Shown here piece by piece: positions 29,221 through 39,179 of a stretch of DNA of 64,000 bases (position 1 is its first letter; the number at the start of each line of letters is the position of its first letter). This DNA is from Longimicrobiales bacterium. Its GTDB lineage: Bacteria; Gemmatimonadota; Gemmatimonadetes; Longimicrobiales; Gaopeijiaceae. The stretch lies in the NCBI GenBank assembly GCA_965249725.1, contig CBDFMQ010000002.1, positions 224,001 to 288,000 of the forward strand, read 5' to 3'. The translations under genes and the position numbers were made by a program. Under the pieces are notes generated by a model. It saw only the letters and a list, made by a program, of their open reading frames with translations, did no database searches and was not told the DNA's origin.

Positions 29221-30147
29221 TCAGTCCGAGTCGAAGAGCCCGGCGACGCTCAAGTATCGCTCGCCGCTGTCGCAAAGCATGCAGACGATGTTTTTGTCCC
29301 GGTATTCCGCATTGTGCGAGAGCCGTAGCGCCGCAGACACACTGGCACCGGAGGAGATCCCGACCAGGATCCCCTCCTGGCGGGCCAGCTCACGGCATGT
29401 CTCGAAGGCTTCGTCCTCGGAAACCAACAGGATCTCGTCGATGAGTTCTCGATCGAGGATTCCAGGCATGAATCCCGGTGCAGTGCCCATCATCCGATGC
29501 GGAGCGAATTTGCCCTCGGAAACGAAGGGTGCCTCTTTGGGTTCAACGCCAACGATCTGGAGCTCTGGCTTGAGTGGTTTGAGCGCCTCCGACACCCCGC
29601 AAAGCGTGCCGCCAGTTCCCATCGGCGCCACGAACACATCGACCAGCCCCTCCGTGTCCTCCCAGATCTCCTTGCCTGTGGTTTCGACGTGGGCCTTACG
29701 ATTGTCGGGATTGTCGTGCTGCCCCACGTAGAACGAATCAGGCGTCGCCTCGTGCACCTCCAGGGCCCGGGCCTTGGCTCCCTTCGTGCCGAGCTCCTTC
29801 GGCGTCAGGATCAACTCCGCCCCGAGCGCTTGGAGAACACTACGCCGCTCGACGCTCTGGATCTCGGACATGCACAGGACCACACGGTAGCCTCTCATGC
29901 GCCCGATATAGGCCAGCGCCATACCAGTGTTGCCCGAGGTGGCTTCGACCAGGGTCGTACCGGGGCCGATGTCTCCCCGGGCCTCGGCCTCGCGGATCAT
30001 CCAGAGCACAGGCCGGTCCTTCACCGCGATAGGGTTGAAGAACTCGCATTTTCCGAAGAGGCGTGCGTGGCCGTCCGAATTGATGCGATCGAGAGCGAGT
30101 AGAGGGGTGTCGCCGATCAGGTCGACGACGGAGGATGCGTACTTCAT
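29221..30147 (-). CDS. cysK: Cysteine synthase family PLP enzyme
   Basis: IGDTPL, NP..VKDR (PLP Lys), EATSGNTG, GTGGT, GISSGA and DSGERYLS. Confidence 0.82.
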   Translation of the reverse strand: MKYASSVVDLIGDTPLLALDRINSDGHARLFGKCEFFNPIAVKDRPVLWMIREAEARGDIGPGTTLVEATSGNTGMALAYIGRMRGYRVVLCMSEIQSVERRSVLQALGAELILTPKELGTKGAKARALEVHEATPDSFYVGQHDNPDNRKAHVETTGKEIWEDTEGLVDVFVAPMGTGGTLCGVSEALKPLKPELQIVGVEPKEAPFVSEGKFAPHRMMGTAPGFMPGILDRELIDEILLVSEDEAFETCRELARQEGILVGISSGASVSAALRLSHNAEYRDKNIVCMLCDSGERYLSVAGLFDSD

Positions 30148-30184
30148 GGGCGTCGCCCCTTGATGAGCGGGCTATGCACCGTGC

Positions 30185-30904
30185 TCAGCGGCCGAGGGCC
30201 TCATCGATCCAGTCCATGACTCTCACCATGTTCAAGGAGAGGACGTGCCCTTGTGCCTCAACGACTTCGAGGGTGGCGTCGGCCCCGCTGGCCTCGAGGA
30301 ACTCGAGAGTGTTCTGCGACTCTTCGACCCAAGACTCGTTCAGTTCGCCGACCAGGAGAAGGACCGGCTTTCCGGCAAAGCCCTCCAAGTCCGTTCCATC
30401 TCCTTCGTAGCGACCGGGCATCCCGACGAGGGCGCTGAAGCGATCGGGGTGCTCCACGGCGCTGTAGAAGACGCCTCGCCCGCCGTTGGATGTGCCGACG
30501 AGAGCCACCTGGTCCGGGTCGTAGGTGATCTTCCCGTCCATCCAATCGAAGATCGCAGGGATGAGATCGAAGGCCGTCTCTTGTAGCGTGGAGCCGCGTA
30601 CCTGAGGGGCGACGACGTAGTATCCGCGAGTGGGCGGCTCGTCGAGCCAGTACGTGAACACCATGTCCATGACTTCGGTGACGCTTCCGCTCCCCCACGT
30701 GAGCGCGAAGATGACGGGGTGTGGGCCCGGCCCAGCCGATGCGTCGGGACGGACCAGTGCCACATCGATGGATCCACCCCGCCACGGTGCCGGCCACCAC
30801 TCCACCTGGCGCTGGCCTTCGAGGACGCTGGCGAGGTCGGTCGTGTCACCGCCGCACGAGGCGAGCACGAGCGATATGCCACATATGCCGGTAAGAATGC
30901 GCAC
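30185..30904 (-). CDS. Alpha/beta-hydrolase-fold lipoprotein
   Basis: Lipobox LASC, GTSNG nucleophile elbow and C-terminal GH. Confidence 0.7.
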   Translation of the reverse strand: MRILTGICGISLVLASCGGDTTDLASVLEGQRQVEWWPAPWRGGSIDVALVRPDASAGPGPHPVIFALTWGSGSVTEVMDMVFTYWLDEPPTRGYYVVAPQVRGSTLQETAFDLIPAIFDWMDGKITYDPDQVALVGTSNGGRGVFYSAVEHPDRFSALVGMPGRYEGDGTDLEGFAGKPVLLLVGELNESWVEESQNTLEFLEASGADATLEVVEAQGHVLSLNMVRVMDWIDEALGR

Positions 30905-31064
30905 TTCTATGGTCCTATAGCATCGAGAGTTGGAACGCGCCGCCCTGTGGGGCGGAGAATTATGGTAACAAAAGCCCGTGGATCATACGAGTCTACTCGG
31001 TTCAATTACTTCGCGAGCAGTGTGGTTCCCTCTGCGAGCGGGTCGGTTCTCTCGTACTCCAGGT

Positions 31065-32126
31065 CTAGGACTCGTTGGCCGTACGTGCCGCCCCGATGGA
31101 AGACAGGCGGACAAGCTCGCGTTTCCCTCGCAGCTCCACCTCACCCACGGACTCGGCGACGAGCCCTGAAGGCAGGGTCAGGAGGTCGAGAATCTCCTCC
31201 GAGACCAGCAGCCGGGCACCCCGGTCTTTACAGAGCGACACGATGCGCGCCGTGGCGTTCAAGGCGTCACCATGAAAAGCGAGTTCCTTCTTCGCCTCGC
31301 CCACCCATGTCGTGACTACAGCCCCACCGTGCACCGCACCGCGAAGTTCGGGCGTGCAGTCGTAGCGCTCCCGATAGGAGCTGCCACGCTCTTCCAGAGA
31401 CGCGATCATCTCCATGAAACAGCTCACGCACGCAGCATTTCGCACTCCGGGCCCCACGCGCCAACTGATGATGACCTCGTCTCCGGCGTATTGGTACACC
31501 TCCCCATGCCAGGCGAGTATGGCCTCTGACACGTCGGTGAAGAGATCACGGAGCAGCATGCTGTACTTCAGGGCCCCCAACCGCTCCGCGTGGGTAGTCG
31601 ATCCGGCGAGATCAGCGAAGAGGAACACCCGTGATTCTTCCTGCGGGTAGTAGTACTGCCCCGTGAGGAGGCGCGTGATCTCCCCCCGGTTGTGGAGGTG
31701 CCTGATCTGGAGGACCGAGCTCAGGGAGGTGGCCGCCAGGATCGCTACGATCAGGTCACGGGTCGAGTTTCCGCCGTTGACGTAGATGGACGCCGCACTC
31801 GCCAAACCGATGTCCCGGGACAGCGAGAGACTCAGAGCGTTCACGAGAATCAACGAGAGGAGGATGACGGCGGCGTACCCGATGACCCGCGTCAGGTTGA
31901 GCATCAGGAAATTCAGCTTCCGACTCAGCCGGGGGACGAGGAACTCCTCGCCGACACCAAACGAGAAGCCGATCAGGAGTCCGACGCTAGCTCCTCTGAA
32001 GCCACTCCATAGAGCGGCCGTGTCGTCGAACGCGCTGGCAGCGAGCCCGATCAAGAATCCCACCCCGACACCGAGGACTGTGAAGGTCGCCGTGGACCTG
32101 ATCCGTCTCCGGAGAATGGCGCTCAT
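31065..32126 (-). CDS. Membrane-anchored class III adenylate/guanylate cyclase domain protein
   Basis: About 4 TM, then FADLAGST, YAGDE, HGDALNATAR and LRGK. Confidence 0.88.
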   Translation of the reverse strand: MSAILRRRIRSTATFTVLGVGVGFLIGLAASAFDDTAALWSGFRGASVGLLIGFSFGVGEEFLVPRLSRKLNFLMLNLTRVIGYAAVILLSLILVNALSLSLSRDIGLASAASIYVNGGNSTRDLIVAILAATSLSSVLQIRHLHNRGEITRLLTGQYYYPQEESRVFLFADLAGSTTHAERLGALKYSMLLRDLFTDVSEAILAWHGEVYQYAGDEVIISWRVGPGVRNAACVSCFMEMIASLEERGSSYRERYDCTPELRGAVHGGAVVTTWVGEAKKELAFHGDALNATARIVSLCKDRGARLLVSEEILDLLTLPSGLVAESVGEVELRGKRELVRLSSIGAARTANES

Positions 32127-32201
32127 CGGGTTGGCACTAGGGTCGTGGGTCTGGGTTGTGAAGTCGGGGTCGCGGTCGCCGAGGACCGCGACCCCGTGCC
32201 A

Positions 32202-34631
32202 TCACATGATCGGCTGTCTCTTCTTGAGGATGAAGAGCCCCTCGAAGCGGCTGCTGACGATGACGTTGCCGCTCGGGAAGTACGGGTAGTTACTCCACGA
32301 GCCGCCGGTGCCCGATCCGTTGTCGCCGTGAGGCACGGTGTCGAAGAAACCCACCTCTACCGGGTTCTCGGGATCACTGATGTCGAGCACGCGCATACCT
32401 GCACGGTTGTTCGACTGGTACAGCAGGTTGCCGAGGACGTACATGTTGTGGTCCGTGGACTCGTGGGTGCCGAAGAACTCCTTGGCGAGTTGAGGATCGT
32501 CCAGGTCGGAGATGTCCCAGATCAGTGTGCGGGTTTTGCGCCCGTCCCCTTCGTCAAGCTCGTCCCCCTGGAAGAAGTACTGGTGATCCTCGGAGAGCCA
32601 TCCTTGGTGCGTGTACGCCACATCAGGGTAGGTCGCCAAGCCCAGGGCTTCCGTGTTGGCGGGGTCCGTCACATCGGCAATGCTGAACGCCGTCTCATTG
32701 GATCCGAAGCAGATCTGCTTGCCTTCGTGGTCTTCGTCGGGTCCGTGATAGGTCACGCACTGGGCGTCGTGGGTGTAGCCGGTGCCGTTGCGGCCCGTTC
32801 CAGGCTGTGAGAAACACCCCACGAACTCCGGACTCGCGGGCTCCTTGAGGTCGATGATGTGGATCCCGCCGCCGCACGTCTCCCCCCCGGAGCTGTTGCC
32901 GACGCTGTATCCGAAGCCGGTCTCCTCGTTGATGGCGATGTTGTGCACGCTGGCCACGCCGTCGTAGTGCGCGGTCTCTTCGAACGTGACGGGATCGGTC
33001 ACCCTGCGGAGCTGCGTGAGGTCGAAGATCTGGATGCCGTGGAGGCCGGAGCCGTCGGCCACGATGTATGCGTGGTTCTTGTAGACCTTGATGTCTCTCC
33101 ACGAGGCGAGAGGTGATCCCTCCGTCCTCCAGAGCTGTCCCAGATAGCGGGGCTGCAGCGGATCGGTGACGTCCACGAAGGAGGTACCGTCACGCCGACC
33201 TACTAAAGCGTATTCCCGACCCGTATCGGGGTCGACCCATCCCCAGAGGTCGTTGACGTTGACTCCTCTCGGAACGCCCATATCGCCCACGGGGAGGAAG
33301 GACACCAGGTCGTAGTCGGAGCACGCGAAGGCCGTCGCGGCACCCTCGGAGCAGTCCACTTGGCCTCCGAGGACCGCGTCGTACTGCTCCATCTCCGACA
33401 CGACGCTCTCGGCCGTCTGCCAACCTTGGTCGCCCCGCTCGAAGATGGTGGCGGTTCCTGCACCGAGGTCGGCGCCGACCACCCCGACCACGGCCACGTC
33501 ACCCCACACTGCGACGGCCGTCGCGAAGCCGTCGCCCGTCTTGGCATCGTCGCTGGAGACCTTCGCTGCTCCGGCCCAACCGTCGGGACCGCCGGAGAAG
33601 ACGTAGGCCGCGCCCTGCCGGCCGTCGGCTCTGGGCGAGCCGACCCAGACGTTGTCGCCATCCAGTGCGACCGCCGAACCGAAGCCGTCCTGCTGAAACC
33701 CGTCGAAAGCGAGTAGCTGACCAGCCGGAGCCCACTCATCCCCTGCCTCCATCTGGAAGGCGAAGACGACCCCCTGACCCTGGTTGCGGCCGGGAGCCGA
33801 CACCAAGGCCAGGTCTCCGTCCATGCCCAGCGACGCGCCGAAGGCGTCGCCGGTCGTCAGCCCCTGCGATGCCAGGGTACCCTGCGGCTGCCACCCGCCA
33901 CCGTCCTGGCGGAAGGCGTAGACCGTCCCGCCGCCTGCGGCGAGCGGCGCTCCTACCAGGAGTCGACTCGACTGCACGGACAAGCTTGCGCCGAACGCAC
34001 TCTCGCCGTCGTCGACGGTGAGTCGGCCCTGGCGGGTCCAAGTGTCGCCGGAACCGGCGAACACGTAGACGGCTCCTTCGCCGGTCGATCGTGCGGCCTG
34101 GTTGCCCCGCCCGCCACCGGCAGCCATCGACGGTGCCCCGACCAAGGCCATGTTGTCCCCCAACGCGAGGGAGCTGCCGTACCCGGCCCCGGCCGATACA
34201 TCGATGGCGGGAAGGCGACCGACTTCGCTCCAGTTGCCCGGCGCCGAGCGCTCGAACACGTACACCTGGGCTGAGCCGCCCACCTGTTCGTGCGGACGGG
34301 TGCTCACGAGCATGGTCCCGCCGTTCACGGCGATCGCGGCGCCAAAGCCGTCACCGCCCGATCCGTCCGAGGCCTCGAGGCGATCCACCTCCGCCCAACC
34401 ACCAGCGCCGTTCCGGTACACGTAGACGGCTCCGGGACCGATCAGGTTGCCAGCCTCGCCCACGAAGACGTCGCCGTCGCTCACGGCCACGGCGCCACCG
34501 TAGCCGGGCGCCTCTCCGTTCGATTGAATCGCACCCGCCATCGACTGTGACGACGCCGGGGACGCTGCCCACACCAGAGCGATGATCATCGCCGACAATC
34601 CGAAGCCAGTCCTTCTCATGAGATCCCTCAC
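32202..34631 (-). CDS. Secreted FG-GAP-repeat protein with a C-terminal choice-of-anchor-B domain
   Basis: About seven FGxxVAxxG..LVGAP..G.VYVF repeats, then NDLWGW, WRDIK, VHN, THDAQC, THQGW, DELDE, DHN and WSNYPYFPSG. Confidence 0.85.
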   Translation of the reverse strand: MRDLMRRTGFGLSAMIIALVWAASPASSQSMAGAIQSNGEAPGYGGAVAVSDGDVFVGEAGNLIGPGAVYVYRNGAGGWAEVDRLEASDGSGGDGFGAAIAVNGGTMLVSTRPHEQVGGSAQVYVFERSAPGNWSEVGRLPAIDVSAGAGYGSSLALGDNMALVGAPSMAAGGGRGNQAARSTGEGAVYVFAGSGDTWTRQGRLTVDDGESAFGASLSVQSSRLLVGAPLAAGGGTVYAFRQDGGGWQPQGTLASQGLTTGDAFGASLGMDGDLALVSAPGRNQGQGVVFAFQMEAGDEWAPAGQLLAFDGFQQDGFGSAVALDGDNVWVGSPRADGRQGAAYVFSGGPDGWAGAAKVSSDDAKTGDGFATAVAVWGDVAVVGVVGADLGAGTATIFERGDQGWQTAESVVSEMEQYDAVLGGQVDCSEGAATAFACSDYDLVSFLPVGDMGVPRGVNVNDLWGWVDPDTGREYALVGRRDGTSFVDVTDPLQPRYLGQLWRTEGSPLASWRDIKVYKNHAYIVADGSGLHGIQIFDLTQLRRVTDPVTFEETAHYDGVASVHNIAINEETGFGYSVGNSSGGETCGGGIHIIDLKEPASPEFVGCFSQPGTGRNGTGYTHDAQCVTYHGPDEDHEGKQICFGSNETAFSIADVTDPANTEALGLATYPDVAYTHQGWLSEDHQYFFQGDELDEGDGRKTRTLIWDISDLDDPQLAKEFFGTHESTDHNMYVLGNLLYQSNNRAGMRVLDISDPENPVEVGFFDTVPHGDNGSGTGGSWSNYPYFPSGNVIVSSRFEGLFILKKRQPIM

Positions 34632-34778
34632 ATCAGGAAGTGTCTTTTACGTTTTGGATTCTACTCCCGTCGCAGCCGGGAGCAAGCAAGACGCATACGG
34701 TGGAACGGTGAAGTAGCCCTCACCCCGCGGCCCTCCTAGCTTCGTCCGAGCGTCTTCCCGAACCGGAGAGATATACGG

Positions 34779-36185
34779 ATGACTCGTCCCATGTTGTCGT
34801 TCCTCAGCCTGGCGATGGCGATGGCTGTGTGGCCGGCCGGCGCGATTGCTCAGGGTAGGCCCCCGACCGCCGGCCTGGACATTCCGGGAGCCAAGGAGAG
34901 GCAGGCGATTCGAGGCGACCTCATTGCCAAGCGTCTCGACACCGTTCTGCTGGACGCCATGCGGAAGAACGACATCGACGCGTGGCTGACCTTCAGTAGG
35001 GAGGCCAACCTCGATCCGATGCTCTCCGAGATCGGTGGCGGGTGGGGAGGAGTCCGAAACGCGTACATCTTCTTCGATCGTGGCGGCGACAAGCCCGAGA
35101 AGATCTTCATCGGTTCGCATCAGCTGAGGGATCGGGTCATTCCCGACACCTATGACGAGCACATCTACTACGGGTATACGCCGGGGGGAATCAGACCTCA
35201 TCTCCGGAGCGTCATGCAGGAGAGGGACCCCCAGCGCATCGGAATCAACGTGTCTCCCACACTTCCGATGGCCGACGGTCTGACCTGGACGCTTCGCAAC
35301 TTCCTGGAGGAGAGCCTCGGGCCGGAGTTGTCGAGCCGTCTGGTCTCCGCCGAGCTCCTGGTCCGCGATTTCCGAACGAATCACATCCCCGACGAATGGC
35401 CTGTCTTCAGCGCTCTATGCGAGTGGACGGTGGCCTGGGAGTCCGAGGCGTTCTCTGATCACGTCATCACCGTGGGCGAGACCACCATGGAGGACATCCA
35501 TTGGTGGATGCGCCAGCGCACGCTGGAGCTCGGACTTACGAACGAGTTCCTGCCGGGGGTCCGGGTGAACCGCAAGGGAGTGAACCTGCCCACGAACTCC
35601 CCTGACCATACGATCGAGCCGGGAGACGTCCTGTCGGTCGACGCAGGCCTCGCCTACCTCGACTTCCGAACGGACATCAAGCGCACGGCGTACGTGCTGC
35701 AGCCCGGCGAGACGGAGCCGCCCGAGAGCATCCGGGGTGCATTCGAGGACGCCAAGCGGGTGACGGACCGGCTGACCTCGAGGTGGACCCCCGGTGCTGT
35801 TGCGTATCAGGTATTCGAGGAGACCATGGCGGAGATGGCCGAGGCCGGATACGGCACCGGAATCGCGACCGGTGGGGCGCAACGCGCCACGCAGATGTCT
35901 CCCGAGGTCGGTATCTACTCCCACTCGGTCGGGAACTCGACGCACGATATCGGGGCCCGCGTAGCCGTGAACGCCCCTTTTGCCTACGGGGATCGGGTCG
36001 CCTACCCGCTGGCACAGAACGCATGGTACTCGGTGGAGCTCCACGTGAGCACGCCGATTCCCGAGTGGGACGGCTTGGCTCTTCAGGTCATGGTCGAGGA
36101 GAACGCTGAGCTCACGGCGAACGGTATACGGTACTGCGCACCGCGCCAGGAAGAGCTCCTGATCGTGCGGGGGGCCACTCGGTGA
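34779..36185 (+). CDS. Exported M24 family metallopeptidase
   Basis: Signal peptide; VDAG, TDIKR, YSH, VELH and EE ligands. Paralogous to 41941 and 43544. Confidence 0.8.
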   Translation: MTRPMLSFLSLAMAMAVWPAGAIAQGRPPTAGLDIPGAKERQAIRGDLIAKRLDTVLLDAMRKNDIDAWLTFSREANLDPMLSEIGGGWGGVRNAYIFFDRGGDKPEKIFIGSHQLRDRVIPDTYDEHIYYGYTPGGIRPHLRSVMQERDPQRIGINVSPTLPMADGLTWTLRNFLEESLGPELSSRLVSAELLVRDFRTNHIPDEWPVFSALCEWTVAWESEAFSDHVITVGETTMEDIHWWMRQRTLELGLTNEFLPGVRVNRKGVNLPTNSPDHTIEPGDVLSVDAGLAYLDFRTDIKRTAYVLQPGETEPPESIRGAFEDAKRVTDRLTSRWTPGAVAYQVFEETMAEMAEAGYGTGIATGGAQRATQMSPEVGIYSHSVGNSTHDIGARVAVNAPFAYGDRVAYPLAQNAWYSVELHVSTPIPEWDGLALQVMVEENAELTANGIRYCAPRQEELLIVRGATR

Positions 36186-37522
36186 GTTCAGAGTCTACGG
36201 GTGCTGGGTCCACCCAATCCCTGACCCGCGTCCTCCGCATCCGTGACGGGTTGGCCGTCACGGTCGGGATCGTCATCGGAGCCGGAATTCTCCGCACCCC
36301 CGGGCTCATCGCAGAGTACCTCGGAGATCCCTGGTTCATTCTGGGGGTGTGGGTCCTGGGTGGCATCGTTGCGGCGCTCAGCACCCTCCTTCTCGCCGAG
36401 ATGTCGGCGTCGCTCCCGGAGGCCGGTGGCAAGTTCGTGTATGCCCGCGAAGCCTGGGGTCCGGTCATGGGCTTCGTGGCCGGATGGTCCGAGCTCTTGG
36501 TCAGCCGAGGGTTTTCGGGCGCGGCCAAAGCCGTGGTGATCGCCGAGTATCTCCGGATTCTGGTGGGGCGGGGAAACGTCAACATCTTGGCTGGCGGGGT
36601 GGCCCTCGCATTCTTCTTTCTGCACACGAGAGGCCTCAAGACCAGCACGATCTTCCAGAACGTGACCACCGCGATCAAGGTGGTGGTGGTTCTGCTCATT
36701 GCCGCTGCCGGCATCTGGGCCGGCGACATGGCGGGCTTCACCTCGGGGTCGCTCATCGTCGAGGGATCCGGACTGTTGGGGTTCGCCCTCGCCTACCAAG
36801 CGGTGGCGTTCGCGTACTACGGCTGGGAGGACGCGGCCAAGATGGCGGAAGAGGTCCAGGACCCCGGCCGGTCCCTGCCAAAGATCCTGTTCGGGGGGGC
36901 CGTCGCCGTGGCTTGCCTGTATCTGCTCATGAACGTGGCGTATCTGGCGGCACTCACCCCGGCCGAGATGGCCGGCTCCGAGCTCGTGGCCCAGGACGCC
37001 ATCGCCGGCGTATTCGGTAGCGCCGCAGGTACCGTGGTGCTGTTGGCGAGTCTCCTGATTCTGATCAGTAGCATCAACGTGAATTTCCTCGGATTGCCGC
37101 GGGTCGCCTATGGACTGGCGAAGCACGGGCTGGCGTTCAAGGCGTTCAGGGAGGTAGACGAACGGGGCACGCCGCGGAAGGCCCTGTATTTCATCTCCGC
37201 CTGGATAGGGATGCTGGCACTCACCGGTGCGTTCGAGCTCCTCATCCAGTTCATGATGATGGTGGCCATCACGGTCGATACCATGGTGCTCCTCGGCTAC
37301 TTCCGACTGCGCAGCAAGCTTCCCGACCTCGAGCGCCCGTTCCGAGTGCCGGGACATCCCTGGATTCCGGGGCTCACGGTGGTGCTCTACGTAGCGATTT
37401 TGGCCATCTTGATAAGCACGCAACCGGCGTTGACCGTAGGCGCCGGGGCGATGCTGAGTGCGCTCGTGGTGGCGGGTTGGTTCACCTCACGGAGGAACGG
37501 GACGACCGAGGAACCGGTCTAG
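36182..37522 (+). CDS. APC family amino-acid permease
   Basis: GIVIGAGI, AEM...PEAGG, FAYYGW, EEVQDP.R.LP and RPFRVPGHP. GTGA overlap with the upstream peptidase. Confidence 0.9.
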   Translation: MSSESTGAGSTQSLTRVLRIRDGLAVTVGIVIGAGILRTPGLIAEYLGDPWFILGVWVLGGIVAALSTLLLAEMSASLPEAGGKFVYAREAWGPVMGFVAGWSELLVSRGFSGAAKAVVIAEYLRILVGRGNVNILAGGVALAFFFLHTRGLKTSTIFQNVTTAIKVVVVLLIAAAGIWAGDMAGFTSGSLIVEGSGLLGFALAYQAVAFAYYGWEDAAKMAEEVQDPGRSLPKILFGGAVAVACLYLLMNVAYLAALTPAEMAGSELVAQDAIAGVFGSAAGTVVLLASLLILISSINVNFLGLPRVAYGLAKHGLAFKAFREVDERGTPRKALYFISAWIGMLALTGAFELLIQFMMMVAITVDTMVLLGYFRLRSKLPDLERPFRVPGHPWIPGLTVVLYVAILAILISTQPALTVGAGAMLSALVVAGWFTSRRNGTTEEPV

Positions 37523-37580
37523 ACCGTCGTGAGAGCGGACATCAGGACGGACCAGCGTATCCGTCGGCTCACGCCGCCAA

Positions 37581-37772
37581 ATCGAAATCGCCCACCAATG
37601 GTTCGGAAACGCCGTCACCGAGAGCGACTGGGACGACGCCTGGCTGAGCGAAGGCTTCGCCACGTACTTCACGCATCTGACCCGGGAGCACTACCAGGGA
37701 AGGGATGTCTTCGTGGCAGGCCTGGTCCGCGACAAGGACCGCATCGCTCAGATGGAGGAGCGGCTCAGCTGA
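37581..37772 (+). pseudogene. Remnant of an M1 (gluzincin) aminopeptidase gene
   Basis: A start-less frame reads [30 protein letters not shown]...*, i.e. the HExxH-x18-E region with the first His lost. In-frame stop upstream at 37530. Confidence 0.8.
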
Positions 37773-39090
37773 TGGGCCGGGACCCCTGCGGCCCGTTATC
37801 CCAATCCTGAACGCTCGAAATGTTCGGCATCCCCCAGTCCTCGCCGTTCCACCCCGAAAAGCCGTTCATCTTGAAGGCCCAGAGCCCACTGAATCCACTG
37901 GTGACGATCAGGCCGTCGGCGTTGCGCACGTCCACGCCGAACGTCCCGCCCATGCCGCCGGCACCCGGGATGTCGGGCATCTCGTAGGTGTCGTAGTAGG
38001 CCACGGTATACGGGTTGGTCGGGTCCATCATGTTGAAGACCTGCAGACCGTCCCGGTAGCCGGATACGAAGACGTAGGGCCAACGCACCTCGTGGTTGTG
38101 CACCAGGTTCTGCCACTTCGCCGTCCACGCTCCGATCGCGCGGTTGATCGTCGGAACGTCCCCGTCCAGCCCCGGCTTGAGATCGAAGATCAAGAGCGGG
38201 GCGGTCACGTACTCCATCTCACCGACGGCGTACCGGCCATCGGGGGAGGGGGTGAACGTGTGAGCGATGTCGACGCCGGGGAAGTTGGTGACCGAGGTCA
38301 GTAGCTCGGGGGTGTCGATGTCGGTGACGTCGAATACGTAGTAGCCGTTGAGGCCGGAACCGTAAAACTTGTCCTGCCCCGTTCCCGGATCGTAGGCGAC
38401 GTAGTAGTCGTGATAGCCTCTCCAGCGGTACTCCTCGGGAGTGGGACGCGGAACCTCCGCTATGCGTGCCGTTTCCCAGCTTTCTCCGGCCACGACCATG
38501 TCCAGGTCGTACACGAATGCCGCAGTAGCGCTGAGGAGCGCTCCATAGAGCAGGTTCTGCCCGTTGGAGTGCTTGTACGCGAAGATGTTGTGGAACCCGC
38601 CGGGAACGAGCGGCTCCGTGATTCGCGCGACCTCGCGGACCTGCGAAGGATCGGGCAGGCCCGTCACGTCGAAGACGATGGCGCCCAGGTCATAGTCCGG
38701 CCCCGACTGCCGGAATTGAAACGACTGCACGTAGTAGTAGCGTCCTTTGGACTTGAAATACTTCCCGTCCAAGGCGCTGCCCTGATGCAGTGACGGGTTC
38801 TCGATTTGCCAGGTGTAAATCTTCTCGGGGTTGTCCGGGTCCTCGAAGCTGTAGATGTCGAAGCTCGCCTCCCCACCCCTGCTCAGGTAGACATAGGGCC
38901 GGTCCATGTCCTGCTCCATCTCGATGTCCGTGGCTCGCCCGGGGACGTGCGCCATGATCTCGATGTTGGAACTGCCCTGCTCGCCTGGAGCCGGCGCATA
39001 CTGCTGTGCCTGGACGGACAGCGGGGTCACCGTTGCCAACAAACCCCCAAAAAGGACCGCGGTCTCCCAGAGTCTCCACCCTTTGCTCAT
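37765..39090 (-). CDS. Secreted LVIVD-repeat-like beta-propeller protein (paralog 2)
   Basis: Signal peptide, PGEQGS, GGFHN, GYHD, AHT, HNHE and [19 protein letters not shown] 39090. Confidence 0.8.
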   Translation of the reverse strand: MSKGWRLWETAVLFGGLLATVTPLSVQAQQYAPAPGEQGSSNIEIMAHVPGRATDIEMEQDMDRPYVYLSRGGEASFDIYSFEDPDNPEKIYTWQIENPSLHQGSALDGKYFKSKGRYYYVQSFQFRQSGPDYDLGAIVFDVTGLPDPSQVREVARITEPLVPGGFHNIFAYKHSNGQNLLYGALLSATAAFVYDLDMVVAGESWETARIAEVPRPTPEEYRWRGYHDYYVAYDPGTGQDKFYGSGLNGYYVFDVTDIDTPELLTSVTNFPGVDIAHTFTPSPDGRYAVGEMEYVTAPLLIFDLKPGLDGDVPTINRAIGAWTAKWQNLVHNHEVRWPYVFVSGYRDGLQVFNMMDPTNPYTVAYYDTYEMPDIPGAGGMGGTFGVDVRNADGLIVTSGFSGLWAFKMNGFSGWNGEDWGMPNISSVQDWDNGPQGSRPIS

Positions 39091-39179
39091 CTCTGCCTCC
39101 GATAGTCGCTGAAGAGGGCGACCCTGCGTCTCCCCCCGTGATGCACCAGGAATCCTCACTCGATCGATCGATCCACGGC

